Origin: Kiritimatiellia bacterium
GTDB lineage: Bacteria > Verrucomicrobiota > Kiritimatiellia > RFP12 > UBA1067
Assembly (NCBI GenBank): GCA_050949565.1
Contig: JBMNFY010000008.1
Coordinates: forward strand, 1-64,000
Reading direction: 5' to 3'
DNA: 64,000 nucleotides
The translations under genes were made by a program, and so were the position numbers. Shown here piece by piece: positions 9,397 through 18,791 of this stretch. Numbering within the stretch: position 1 is the stretch's first letter; every line of letters starts with the position of its first letter. Under the pieces are notes generated by a model. The model searched no databases. It had not been told where the DNA came from and saw nothing but the letters and a program-made list of their open reading frames with translations.

Positions 9397-10845
9397 AAGG
9401 ACTTTCCCCAAAAAATCGGGGGCAATTATATCTAAGTCCTTGAAAACAAAGGGGATGCGTCTCTGACGGGCGTGCCTGAAAGTGAAAAAGTGGTTTTCCT
9501 CCGCCGGTTCTGCCAAAATGGCGGTTCAACCAAAAACCAAAAACCGGAAAGGAAAACCGACGTGAATCATAGCGCAACGGCGTTCAAAGCGCGAGAGCAA
9601 CTCAAGAATTTTTTGGGGGAACTTTCCCCCCGGTTTTCCAAGCCGCTCGGCAAGTTCGTGGGCGACATGGTCTACGGGATACAGGCGTCGCAGGACGTGA
9701 AGCTCAGCCGGATCGCCCGCGCGCTCGACGAGCCGATATCGATGAAGAAACTGGAGGACAGGCTGAGCCGGATGCTCGGGAGCGAGGGCATCGAGCAGGG
9801 GATTTCCGACGCTGTCGCCCGTCTGGGCTCGCGTCACGTCCATCAGGACACGCTGATCGTCATCGACCCGACCGACATCCGTAAGCTGTACGCGAAGAAG
9901 ATGGAATATCTCGCCCGCGTCCGGGACGGGAGCACGGGGGAGATCGGCAACGGATACAGCGCCTGCCTGGCGGTCGCCTGCGAGAGCGGCGGCCGCCGGA
10001 TCACGCCGTTGCACATGCGGCTGTGGTCGAGCGAGGCGGAGGGCTTCATCAGCCAGAACGACGAGGTGCTCGGCGTCATCGACCAGATCAGCTCCCGCGC
10101 GAAGAAGCGCGGCATCTACGTCATCGACCGCGGAGGCGACGGAGACTGGCTGTTCGACGGCCTGGACCGGCGCAAACTGGACTACATCGTGCGCCTCGTG
10201 GGCAACCGCAACCTGCTCCACGGCCGGCGGACCGCGCTGGCCGAAGAACTGGCGGCATCCTGCCCCATGAAGCACATCGAGATCGTCACGAGGGAGACGG
10301 GGGACGGGGTGAAAAGCTATAAGCTGGAGTTCGGCGCCATGACCGTCGCCCTGCCGCAGAGGCCCGACAAGCCCCTGCGCATGGTCGTGGTGAAGGGGTT
10401 CGGCGAGCGGCCGATGCTCCTGCTGACCACGCTGGCCGGGACGACGTCGCGCAAGTCCCTGTGGCAGGTCGTCGAGGGCTATCTGACGCGGTGGCGCGTC
10501 GAGGACGCGATCCGCTTCGTCAAGCAGAGCTACAACCTCGAGGACATCCGGGTCCTGACGTACCGGCGCCTGAAAAACATGGTCGCTCTGCTGCTGGCCG
10601 TCATCTACTTCAACTGCGTCTGGCTGGCCGGACGGCTGCGCTGCGAGATCCTGACGACCAACATCACCCACGCCGCCAAGCGCATCTACGGCGTGGCCGA
10701 GTTCCTCCACTACGCCGTCGCCGACGGCCTCGGGAGGCTCTTCACGCGCCACGGGAAATGGTACGGCTACAAGCCGCCAGACCCCGAATCAAACCCGCTC
10801 GGACTGGTCTTTCTGGAATGACCAGATTTTTTGGGGAAACTCCTT
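9397..10845 (+). mobile_element. IS4-family insertion sequence, full copy 1
   Basis: Terminal inverted repeats AAGGACTTTCCCCAAAAAATC and GATTTTTTGGGGAAACTCCTT. Boundaries confirmed against copies 2 and 3. No target-site duplication seen. Confidence 0.9.
9562..10821 (+). CDS. IS4-family DDE transposase
   Basis: IVIDPTD, VIDRGGD and YLTRWRVEDAIRFVK (Y-2-R-3-E-6-K signature). GTG 9562 follows the RBS GAAAGGA; the computed ORF starts at 9472. Confidence 0.9.
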   Translation: MNHSATAFKAREQLKNFLGELSPRFSKPLGKFVGDMVYGIQASQDVKLSRIARALDEPISMKKLEDRLSRMLGSEGIEQGISDAVARLGSRHVHQDTLIVIDPTDIRKLYAKKMEYLARVRDGSTGEIGNGYSACLAVACESGGRRITPLHMRLWSSEAEGFISQNDEVLGVIDQISSRAKKRGIYVIDRGGDGDWLFDGLDRRKLDYIVRLVGNRNLLHGRRTALAEELAASCPMKHIEIVTRETGDGVKSYKLEFGAMTVALPQRPDKPLRMVVVKGFGERPMLLLTTLAGTTSRKSLWQVVEGYLTRWRVEDAIRFVKQSYNLEDIRVLTYRRLKNMVALLLAVIYFNCVWLAGRLRCEILTTNITHAAKRIYGVAEFLHYAVADGLGRLFTRHGKWYGYKPPDPESNPLGLVFLE

Positions 10846-10959
10846 TCTATTTACGCTTGGCAAGTTACGGTCGTTTTTGAGATAGTACTGAATCTTTTTT
10901 GAGCAACCCCCCGTGGCTTGTAGCGGTACGAGCCCCGGGCAACGCGGAGGTGAAACACA

Positions 10960-11454
10960 GTGAGCACCGCACCGACGACGGCGCAAGGCACTCAGAAGCT
11001 GACTCCAGAGCTGAAAGCCTTCATCGCCGAATGGAAAGAGAAACCAGGCAATCTGGTCATGATCCTGCACCATGTGCAGCAACACTTTGGGTATATCCCC
11101 CGGGAAGTGGCGTTTGAAGTCGCCGACCTGATCGACGTACCCCTCGCCAAAATCTACGGCGTTATCACGTTCTACAACTTCTTTAAACTGAAGAAGCCCG
11201 GACGCAACCAGATCCAGGTCTGTATGGGCACCGCCTGTTACCTGAAGGGCGGCGAAGATATCATCGCAGAGTTGGAAGGCATTCTGGGCGTCGGCGTCAA
11301 CACCGTCACGCCTGACGGAGAATTTTCCGTGGAGGCGGTCCGCTGCCTCGGTTGTTGCGGTCTGGCACCGGTGATGGTCATCAATGGCGAAGTGTTCGGC
11401 AAGGTCAAAACCGAATCACTGCAGGGGATCATCGCCAAATTCAGGAACGCCTGA
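10960..11454 (+). CDS. hndA: NuoE-like [2Fe-2S] subunit of a multimeric [FeFe]-hydrogenase (HndA/HydC)
   Basis: CMGTAC...CLGCC; GVITFYNFF. Confidence 0.9.
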   Translation: MSTAPTTAQGTQKLTPELKAFIAEWKEKPGNLVMILHHVQQHFGYIPREVAFEVADLIDVPLAKIYGVITFYNFFKLKKPGRNQIQVCMGTACYLKGGEDIIAELEGILGVGVNTVTPDGEFSVEAVRCLGCCGLAPVMVINGEVFGKVKTESLQGIIAKFRNA

Positions 11455-11457
11455 CCC

Positions 11458-12000
11458 GTGCACGCATCCGTCTGTGACATCATCGCCGATCTGGCGCAGA
11501 ATGCGATTGAGGCGGATGCGACACGTATTGAGGTTGACGTTGCGACGGACCCCGCAGAGATCAGGGTCCGCATTCAGGACAACGGTAAAGGTATGGATGA
11601 ACGCACATTGGCGAAAGCCAAGGATCCCTTCTACAGCGAGCCCGGCAAACATGACCGGCGCCGCGTGGGCCTGGGCATCCCCCTGCTCATGCAGACTGCT
11701 TCGGCGGTCGGAGGCACGGTGGATATCCAGTCGACGCCCGGCAAGGGAACCTGCGTGAGCTTCACGCTTGATGCGCGCCATCTGGATACCCCGCCCTTCG
11801 GCGACCTGCCCGAGACGTTTCTGGGGCTGATGACCTTCGGCGGATCCTATGACCTGATCCTGACACGCACCACGCCGAATGACAACTACACGGTCTCGCG
11901 CAGCGAACTGGTCGACACGCTCGGCAACCTTGAAGAGATCGACAACCTGGTCCTGGCCCGCGCCTATGTGCGGTCCCAAGAAGAGAATCTGAACCTGTAA
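11458..12000 (+). CDS. Stand-alone HATPase_c (histidine-kinase-like ATPase) protein
   Basis: QNAIEA, DNGKGM, DPFYS and GLGIP boxes; no His-phosphotransfer domain visible. Confidence 0.85.
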   Translation: MHASVCDIIADLAQNAIEADATRIEVDVATDPAEIRVRIQDNGKGMDERTLAKAKDPFYSEPGKHDRRRVGLGIPLLMQTASAVGGTVDIQSTPGKGTCVSFTLDARHLDTPPFGDLPETFLGLMTFGGSYDLILTRTTPNDNYTVSRSELVDTLGNLEEIDNLVLARAYVRSQEENLNL

Positions 12001-12017
12001 AAGAAGGAAAGTGAATT

Positions 12018-12407
12018 ATGGCTAAGCTGACGCTTGATGATTTACGCAAATTGCGTGACGAGAAACAGAAGGCGATCGAGAAGCGCGACCCCTCCAACAA
12101 GGACGCGCAGATCATCGTCGGCATGGGCACCTGCGGCATCGCCGCCGGTGCGAAAGAGACGTTCAACGCGATTATCGATGAACTCGACGCCAAAAACATT
12201 TCGCATGTGCTGGTCCGTCAAACCGGCTGCATGGGATTGTGTCACTCGGAACCCACTGTGGAGGTCATCGTCCCCGACATGCCCACGGTGATCTACGGCA
12301 ACGTCAATGCTGAGGTCGGCAAGCAGATCGTCAACGACCACATTGTCAGTAAGCGCCTCATCGACAACCACATCTGCGACAAGCCGGCAATGGACATTGT
12401 TCGCTAA
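12018..12407 (+). CDS. hndB: Thioredoxin-like [2Fe-2S] ferredoxin hydrogenase subunit (HndB/HydD)
   Basis: GMGTCGIAAGA; TGCMGLCHSEP. Confidence 0.88.
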   Translation: MAKLTLDDLRKLRDEKQKAIEKRDPSNKDAQIIVGMGTCGIAAGAKETFNAIIDELDAKNISHVLVRQTGCMGLCHSEPTVEVIVPDMPTVIYGNVNAEVGKQIVNDHIVSKRLIDNHICDKPAMDIVR

Positions 12408-12423
12408 GCGGGGATTACACAAC

Positions 12424-14211
12424 ATGTCTTACAAACAATACATCTTAGTGTGCGGCGGAACGGCCTGCGATTCCATCAGGGGCATGGAGCTGTTCAACGC
12501 GCTGAAAACGGCGGTCAAAGAGAACGGCTTGATCAACGAGGTGCAGGTTGTACGCACCGGTTGCTTGGGCTTTTGCGAAAAGGGGCCGATTGTCAAGGTC
12601 CTGCCGCAGGACACCTTCTACGTCGAGGTTAAACCCGAAGACGCCGAAGAGATCATCAAAGAGCACATCATCAAAGGCCGTGAGGTCTCCCGCCTGCTCT
12701 ACGATAAGGAACAGAGCAAGATCCACGTCGCCATCGAAGGCATCGATTTCTACCAGAAGCAGTTCCGCGTTGTGCTGCGCAACTGCGGCGCGATCGATCC
12801 GAATGTGATCGACGAGTACATCGCCCGCGACGGCTACAAGGCGCTTGAAAAGGCGCTCTTCGATATGACGCCGCAGGACGTGATTGATGAGATATCGAAA
12901 TCCGGCCTGCGCGGCCGCGGCGGCGCGGGCTTCCCTACCGGCAAAAAGTGGTCGTTCGCGGCCGCACAGCCCGCCGGCCAGAAGTACATGGTCTGCAACG
13001 CCGACGAGGGCGACCCCGGGGCCTATATGGACCGCTCGACGCTTGAGGGCGATCCTCACTCCGTGCTTGAAGCCATGACCATCGGCGGCTATGCCATCGG
13101 TGCCGACAAGGGCTTTATCTACATCCGCGCGGAATACCCGCTTGCGATCAAGCGCCTTGAAAATGCGCTCAAACAGGCCCGCGAATACGGACTGCTCGGC
13201 AACGACATCCTCGGCAGCGGCTTCTCCTTCGACATCGAAATCCGTCTCGGCGCCGGCGCCTTTGTCTGCGGCGAAGAGACTGCGTTGCTCGCCTCGATCG
13301 AGGGTAACCGCGGCATGCCGCGCCCCCGCCCGCCCTTCCCGGCGGTCAAGGGACTCTGGGGCCGCCCCACGGTCATCAACAACGTCGAGACGCTGGCCAA
13401 CATCCCAGTCATCCTGCTCAAGGGCGCGGACTGGTTCAACAAGATCGGCACCGCGACCTCGAAGGGTACCAAGGTTTTCGCCCTTACCGGCAAGATCAAC
13501 AACTCCGGCCTGATCGAAGTGCCCATGGGCACCACCCTGCGCGAGATCATCTTCGACATCGGCGGCGGCATCCGCGGCGGCAAAGCCTTCAAGGCGGCGC
13601 AGACCGGCGGCCCCTCCGGCGGCATCATTCCGCCGCAGTTCCTCGACACGCCGATCGACTACGAGAACCTCGCAAAGATCGGTTCGATCATGGGCTCGGG
13701 CGGCCTGATCGTGATGGATGAAGATGACTGCATCCCCAACATCGCGAAGTTCTACCTCGACTTCACCGTCGATGAGTCCTGTGGCAAGTGCGCCCCGTGT
13801 CGTATCGGCGGCCGCAAGTTGCTCAACTACCTCGACAAGATCTGCGACGGCAAAGGCACCCACGAGGATATCGAGAACATGCGCGAGATCAGCGAAGCGA
13901 TGTCGCGAGCCTCGCTCTGCGGCCTCGGCCAAACCGCTTCCAACCCCGTCCAGTCCAGCCTGCGCTACTTCATGGACGAGTACAAGGAGCACATCGACGA
14001 CAAGCGTTGCCGCGCCGGTAAGTGCAAGAACTTGTTGCGCTACACGATCGACAAAACCAAGTGTGTCGGCTGTACGGCCTGCGCCCGCGTCTGTCCGGCC
14101 AATGCCATTGCCGGTGAGCGCAAGCAGCCGCACGCGATCAATAACGAGACCTGCATCAAGTGCGGACAGTGCTACGAGATCTGCAAGTTCCACGCTATCA
14201 CCCGCGAGTAA
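12424..14211 (+). CDS. hndC: NuoF-like NAD(P)H/FMN-binding hydrogenase subunit (HndC/HydB)
   Basis: GRGGAGFPTG, CNADEGDPGA, ESCGKCAPCR and C-terminal 2x[4Fe-4S]; ATG 12424. Confidence 0.93.
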   Translation: MSYKQYILVCGGTACDSIRGMELFNALKTAVKENGLINEVQVVRTGCLGFCEKGPIVKVLPQDTFYVEVKPEDAEEIIKEHIIKGREVSRLLYDKEQSKIHVAIEGIDFYQKQFRVVLRNCGAIDPNVIDEYIARDGYKALEKALFDMTPQDVIDEISKSGLRGRGGAGFPTGKKWSFAAAQPAGQKYMVCNADEGDPGAYMDRSTLEGDPHSVLEAMTIGGYAIGADKGFIYIRAEYPLAIKRLENALKQAREYGLLGNDILGSGFSFDIEIRLGAGAFVCGEETALLASIEGNRGMPRPRPPFPAVKGLWGRPTVINNVETLANIPVILLKGADWFNKIGTATSKGTKVFALTGKINNSGLIEVPMGTTLREIIFDIGGGIRGGKAFKAAQTGGPSGGIIPPQFLDTPIDYENLAKIGSIMGSGGLIVMDEDDCIPNIAKFYLDFTVDESCGKCAPCRIGGRKLLNYLDKICDGKGTHEDIENMREISEAMSRASLCGLGQTASNPVQSSLRYFMDEYKEHIDDKRCRAGKCKNLLRYTIDKTKCVGCTACARVCPANAIAGERKQPHAINNETCIKCGQCYEICKFHAITRE

Positions 14212-14231
14212 TTCTGAAAGGGCTTTTTACT

Positions 14232-15986
14232 ATGTCTAATCTGGTTCAACTCGAAATCAACGGGATCCCGGTCTCTGTTCCGGCCGGCACAACGATCCTG
14301 AATGCCGCCAAGGCGATACATGTTAAAATACCGACACTCTGCTACCACCCCGATCTTAAGGCGTGGGCAGCGTGCGGCATCTGTGTAGTCCGTAACGCCG
14401 GCTCGCCCAAGCTGCTGCGCGCCTGCTGCACCGAGGTCGCCCCGGGCATGAAGATCACCACGCATGACGCCGACATCGTGCGTGTGCGCCGTGCCGTGCT
14501 GGAGCTGATTCTGGCCAACCACCCGAACGACTGTCTGCAGTGCCCGCGTAGTGGCAACTGCGAACTGCAGAAACTCGCTGCGGATTTCGGCATCCGCGAA
14601 AATCCCTTCCCGCCCGACGTGCAGCACATCCCGGTCGACAACTCCACGTGTTCCATTGTGCTGAACCCTGAAAAATGCGTGAAGTGCGGCCGTTGCGCCA
14701 TCGTCTGCCAAGAGATGCAGAATGTCTGGGCGCTGGAGTTCATCGGCCGCGGCGAAAAGACCCGCATGGCACCCGCCGCCGACGTCACGCTCAACGAGTC
14801 GCCCTGCATCAAGTGCGGACAGTGCTCGGCGCACTGCCCGGTCGGCGCGATCTATGAACGCGACCAGACCCGCCAAGTGTGGGATGCCCTGCGCGATGAG
14901 GACAAGTACTGCGTGGTGCAGATCGCCCCGGCCGTGCGCGTCGCCATCGGCGAAGCCTTCGGCCTGCCGCCCGGCAAGCTTATGACCGGCGAGACCTACG
15001 CCGCTCTGCGCCGGCTCGGCTTCAAGGCGGTCTTCGACACCAACTACAGTGCCGACTTGACCATCATGGAGGAAGGCTCTGAGTTCATCAAGCGCTTCAC
15101 CACCGGCGGCACGTTGCCCCTGATCACCTCCTGCTGCCCGGCATGGACCGACTGGATGGAGAAGTATGCCCAGGACTTCATGGACAACTTCTCGACCGCC
15201 AAGTCGCCGCAGCAGATGCTCGGCGTGCTTGCCAAGACCTATTACGCGGAGAAGATGGGTATCGATCCCGCGAAGATCTTCATGGTCTCGGTCATGCCCT
15301 GCACAGCCAAGAAATACGAGATCAGCCGCAGTGAGACCATGTTCGCCAGCGGATACCAGGATATTGACGTGGTACTCACCACACGCGAGCTGGCCCGTAT
15401 GCTCAAGAGCGCCGGTATCGACTTCCCCAATCTGGAGCCGGAAGAGGCCGACTCGATCTTGGGGGAATACACCGGCGCAGGTACGATCTTCGGCGTGACC
15501 GGCGGCGTGATGGAAGCCGCGCTGCGCACGGCCTACTGCCTGATCACGGGCGAGGCCCAGCCGCCGTCCATCGACTTCGAAGCCGTCCGCGGCATGAAGG
15601 GTGTGAAAGAGGCGACGATCGACATCAAGGGCACACCGGTCAAGATCGCGGTCGCCCATCAGATGGGTAACGTCGAGCAGGTCCTAGAGGCGATCCGCGA
15701 AGACCGCAAGGCAGGACGCAAACCGCGTTACGACTTCATCGAAGTCATGGCCTGCCGCGGCGGCTGCATCGGCGGCGGTGGTCAGCCGACCGGTGCCACG
15801 GACGAGGTGCGCAAGGCCCGTACAGCCGGCCTCTATACGGATGACGAGAAGAGCGTGCTCCGGATGTCGCATCTGAATCCGCAGATCCAGACGCTGTACA
15901 AAGAGTACATCGGCGAGCCGCTCAGCGAGAAGGCGCACCACCTGTTGCACAACCACTACCATCCGAAGAAGGTTTACGCGAAGTAA
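14232..15986 (+). CDS. hndD: [FeFe]-hydrogenase catalytic subunit (group A, multimeric, probably electron-bifurcating)
   Basis: H-cluster motifs ITSCCPAW, MPCTAKKYE and EVMACRGGCIGGGGQP; N-terminal Fe-S domains. Confidence 0.95.
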   Translation: MSNLVQLEINGIPVSVPAGTTILNAAKAIHVKIPTLCYHPDLKAWAACGICVVRNAGSPKLLRACCTEVAPGMKITTHDADIVRVRRAVLELILANHPNDCLQCPRSGNCELQKLAADFGIRENPFPPDVQHIPVDNSTCSIVLNPEKCVKCGRCAIVCQEMQNVWALEFIGRGEKTRMAPAADVTLNESPCIKCGQCSAHCPVGAIYERDQTRQVWDALRDEDKYCVVQIAPAVRVAIGEAFGLPPGKLMTGETYAALRRLGFKAVFDTNYSADLTIMEEGSEFIKRFTTGGTLPLITSCCPAWTDWMEKYAQDFMDNFSTAKSPQQMLGVLAKTYYAEKMGIDPAKIFMVSVMPCTAKKYEISRSETMFASGYQDIDVVLTTRELARMLKSAGIDFPNLEPEEADSILGEYTGAGTIFGVTGGVMEAALRTAYCLITGEAQPPSIDFEAVRGMKGVKEATIDIKGTPVKIAVAHQMGNVEQVLEAIREDRKAGRKPRYDFIEVMACRGGCIGGGGQPTGATDEVRKARTAGLYTDDEKSVLRMSHLNPQIQTLYKEYIGEPLSEKAHHLLHNHYHPKKVYAK

Positions 15987-16028
15987 GAGCGTTAGTGCAT
16001 TAGTGCATTAGTTTGGCACTACCGTGTT

Positions 16029-16078
16029 GCGTGCGGAGAAGCGGGTGTAAAAGCCGAGCTCCTCCGCGCGTTTTTTTT
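16029..16078 (+). terminator. Rho-independent terminator of the hydrogenase operon
   Basis: gcgtgcggag...ctccgcgcgt stem followed by a T run. Confidence 0.75.
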
Positions 16079-16172
16079 AACGGGGATGCCCTCATCATCA
16101 TGCACATCATATTGGATTTCGCTTTCCTGCGGCCGTTATGCTAAAGTAACCGCGTTTTTAAGGAGAAGTACC

Positions 16173-17021
16173 ATGTGGGACTACAGCGATAAAGTGATGG
16201 ATCATTTCCGCAACCCCCGGAACGTGGGTAAGATCGAGGGGCCCGACGGTGTCGGCACGGTTGGCTCGCTGGCGTGCGGCGATGCCCTGACGCTGATGTT
16301 CAAACTAGGACCTGATAAGCGGATCGCAGAGGTGAAGTTCCAGACGTTCGGTTGCGCGAGTGCGATTGCCTCCTCGTCGGCCTTGACCGAGATGGTGATC
16401 GGAAAAACCATAGAGGAAGCCGAACGCATCACCAATAAGGAGATCGCTGACTATCTGGGTGGCCTACCGGACCAGAAGATGCACTGTTCGGTCATGGGAC
16501 GTGAAGCGCTGGAAGCCGCCATCCACAATTACCGCACGGGAGAGACCAGCGTCAAAAACCTGGAAGACCACATCGTGTGTACCTGTTTCGGCGTCTCCGA
16601 AAATGAGATCCGGCGTGTCGTCACAGAGAACGGTCTGACCACCGTAGATGAGGTAACCAACTTCTGCAAGGCCGGCGGCGGGTGCGGCATGTGCCGCGAC
16701 GACATCCAGAAGATCATCGATAGCGCGCGCGACGCCCAGACCGCCAGTCCGCAGCCGCCTGCCGCCGCTCCCAAGAAACGCCTCACCAACATCCAGAAGA
16801 TGAAACTGATTGAGGAGATCATCGACCGTGAGATCCGGCCCCAGCTTCAGAAAGATGGTGGCGACATCGAACTGATCGACATTGAGGGCAACGTAGTGAC
16901 CATCGCCTTTCGCGGTATGTGCGCCGGTTGCCAATCGGCGGCCTTCACGCGCCAAGATTTTATCCAGGCCAAGCTGCGCGAGTTCGTCGACCCGGATATC
17001 ACCGTCGTCGACGAATGTTAA
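16173..17021 (+). CDS. nifU: Fe-S cluster scaffold NifU (IscU + BFD + NfuA domains)
   Basis: MWDYSDKVMDHFRNPRNVG, ACGD, GCASA, KMHCS, CTCF...CGMC, DGGD...CAGC; RBS AGGAG. Confidence 0.95.
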   Translation: MWDYSDKVMDHFRNPRNVGKIEGPDGVGTVGSLACGDALTLMFKLGPDKRIAEVKFQTFGCASAIASSSALTEMVIGKTIEEAERITNKEIADYLGGLPDQKMHCSVMGREALEAAIHNYRTGETSVKNLEDHIVCTCFGVSENEIRRVVTENGLTTVDEVTNFCKAGGGCGMCRDDIQKIIDSARDAQTASPQPPAAAPKKRLTNIQKMKLIEEIIDREIRPQLQKDGGDIELIDIEGNVVTIAFRGMCAGCQSAAFTRQDFIQAKLREFVDPDITVVDEC

Positions 17022-17815
17022 CCGGTGGGCTCCCCGCGCTTAACCTCATCCCATATCGTATCCAACTCAGCCAAAGTGCAATCCTTGAGCGAGCGTCCTT
17101 GTTCGCGGACGCGGCGCTCGACTTCGCGGAAACGTCGCGAGAATTTGCGGGTCGTGCCTTCGAGCGCACTCTCGGCATCAACCTTCAGGAAACGGCAGGT
17201 GTTGACAATCGAGAAAAGCAGGTCGCCCATCTCGTCGGCGACCTGTTCCGATGTGCCCGAGGCAATGGCCTGCTTGAGTTCGCCAAGTTCCTCATCGATC
17301 TTCCCAATCGCGCCTGAGGAGTCTTGCCAGTCGAAGCCCATCCGCGACGCCTTGGACTGAACGCGCTGCGCCTTGAGCAGCGCCGGCAACGTGGCCGGCA
17401 CACCGTCGATCGCTGAGCGATCCGGCGGCTTGTCCTTTTCCGTCTGCTTGATCGCCTCCCAGTTGCGCAACACCTGGCCGGAGGTTGAGACCTGTGCGTC
17501 ACCGAAAACGTGCGGATGACGCCGCACCAGCTTATCGACCAAGGTGGCGGCGACATCATCCAGCGTGAAGTGCCCTTCCTCCTCGCGGATCGCGCATTGG
17601 AAAACCACCTGCAACAACACGTCGCCCAGTTCCTCGATGTGCAGCGCGAGGTTGTCGCCCTCCATCGCCTCCAGCAACTCATAGGTCTCTTCCAACAGGC
17701 AAGGCTTCAACGTCTGCAACGTCTGCTCGCGGTCCCAAGGACATCCCCCGGGCGCACGCAGGCGCTTCATGGTTTCATACAGCCGCCTCAAGCCAGAAAG
17801 ATCATCCGTCCCCAT
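17018..17815 (-). CDS. mazG: Nucleoside triphosphate pyrophosphohydrolase MazG
   Basis: GGCPWDREQT, EELGDVLLQVVF, RRHPHVF, EMGDLLF; start ATG 17815 after GGAG. Confidence 0.95.
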   Translation of the reverse strand: MGTDDLSGLRRLYETMKRLRAPGGCPWDREQTLQTLKPCLLEETYELLEAMEGDNLALHIEELGDVLLQVVFQCAIREEEGHFTLDDVAATLVDKLVRRHPHVFGDAQVSTSGQVLRNWEAIKQTEKDKPPDRSAIDGVPATLPALLKAQRVQSKASRMGFDWQDSSGAIGKIDEELGELKQAIASGTSEQVADEMGDLLFSIVNTCRFLKVDAESALEGTTRKFSRRFREVERRVREQGRSLKDCTLAELDTIWDEVKRGEPTG

Positions 17816-17879
17816 CGTTCGCTCTCCAAATGCGCGGGGCGCCGGTCCTAAAGAACAGGCGCCCCGCAAAACTCCATTT

Positions 17880-17976
17880 GAGGCCCTTGCCCCCTTGTTT
17901 GCAGGTGTGGCACGGGCATCTTGCCCGTGTTCCATGGGCGAGACGCCCATGCCGCGAGAGGGTTTGCAAGCGCCTT
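17880..17976. mobile_element. Degenerate REP-carrying MITE, same family as 53548-53680
   Basis: Ends gaggcccttgc...ttgcaagcgcct; internal palindromes cacgggcatcttgcccgtg and catgggcgagacgcccatg. Confidence 0.7.
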
Positions 17977-17995
17977 TATCGACACGCCGTACGCA

Positions 17996-18676
17996 TCACA
18001 TGCGCAGGATACGCGCGGCATCGTCCGCCAGCGCGGCCGTGTACTCCGAGATGAAGACATCGCAACCGCCGAAGTCCTGATATTCCGTCAGCGGATTGGG
18101 CCTGGCAATCGCGCCCATACCGTTTCTGAGCGCGCCCTTCACTGAGAACCCGCTGCCTGTCACCGCCATGCACAAGCGTTCGTGCAGACCGTTCTTGCGC
18201 GCGGCGCGCCGCCATCCTTCCCAAGTGGTGAACCCGAAGCCACTGGGCATGTCATGCAGGACCGCGAACTTCTCGTTCTGCACATCCGCCAGCACGGACG
18301 AGACGGCCTCGCTTTCCAGACGCGTGACCAGCACGACCTTTATTTTCTTGGCGAGCAGCGCTTTGACGAATGCCTGAAAACCAGCCGGCACTGCCGATAG
18401 TTTCGTCGCTAGCTTCTCGGTAAAGGCCGCATCACACTCGGCCATCACCGTCGGCACGTCCAGCGTTTTCTGCTTCCGGCTGGCAAGTGCGTTGAGGCCA
18501 GAGGAGAACGATCTCCCGCCCATGGACCGCGCCATACCCTGTGCATCCAACTTGATGCCCTCTCGCTCCAGCCGCGTCTGGCATGCCTCCAGAAACAGCG
18601 GATGCCCGTCCAGCACCGCGAAGTCAAATTCGACCAACACACCGCGCTGCAATCGAGCGGCTTGTGAACTACCCAT
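17996..18676 (-). CDS. HAD-superfamily (beta-PGM/CbbY-like) protein with degenerate catalytic motif I
   Basis: GVLVEFDFAVLD in place of xxFDxDGT; cap region and 'CMAVTGSGFSVKGALRNGM' motif III/IV-like segment. Confidence 0.6.
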   Translation of the reverse strand: MGSSQAARLQRGVLVEFDFAVLDGHPLFLEACQTRLEREGIKLDAQGMARSMGGRSFSSGLNALASRKQKTLDVPTVMAECDAAFTEKLATKLSAVPAGFQAFVKALLAKKIKVVLVTRLESEAVSSVLADVQNEKFAVLHDMPSGFGFTTWEGWRRAARKNGLHERLCMAVTGSGFSVKGALRNGMGAIARPNPLTEYQDFGGCDVFISEYTAALADDAARILRM

Positions 18677-18791
18677 TACACTCTCCTTAACTTGTTCAAT
18701 CTTTCAGAGCCACGCCCTTATCACCTTGTCACTTTTCAATGCATACTTTAGCGTGTACGCTCTGCGCCGGTCAAGCCATCTGTCTTGTGGC

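Noticed and set aside
12445-14193. Long antisense ORFs (also 9526-10752, 14172-15659, 18837-19979, 39195-40421, 45193-46677, 57001-58809)
   Set aside because: Shadow frames of high-GC3 genes with no recognisable motifs.
17816-17950. N-terminal extension of MazG
   Set aside because: It is translated REP/MITE sequence; an RBS and ATG at 17815 match the family start.
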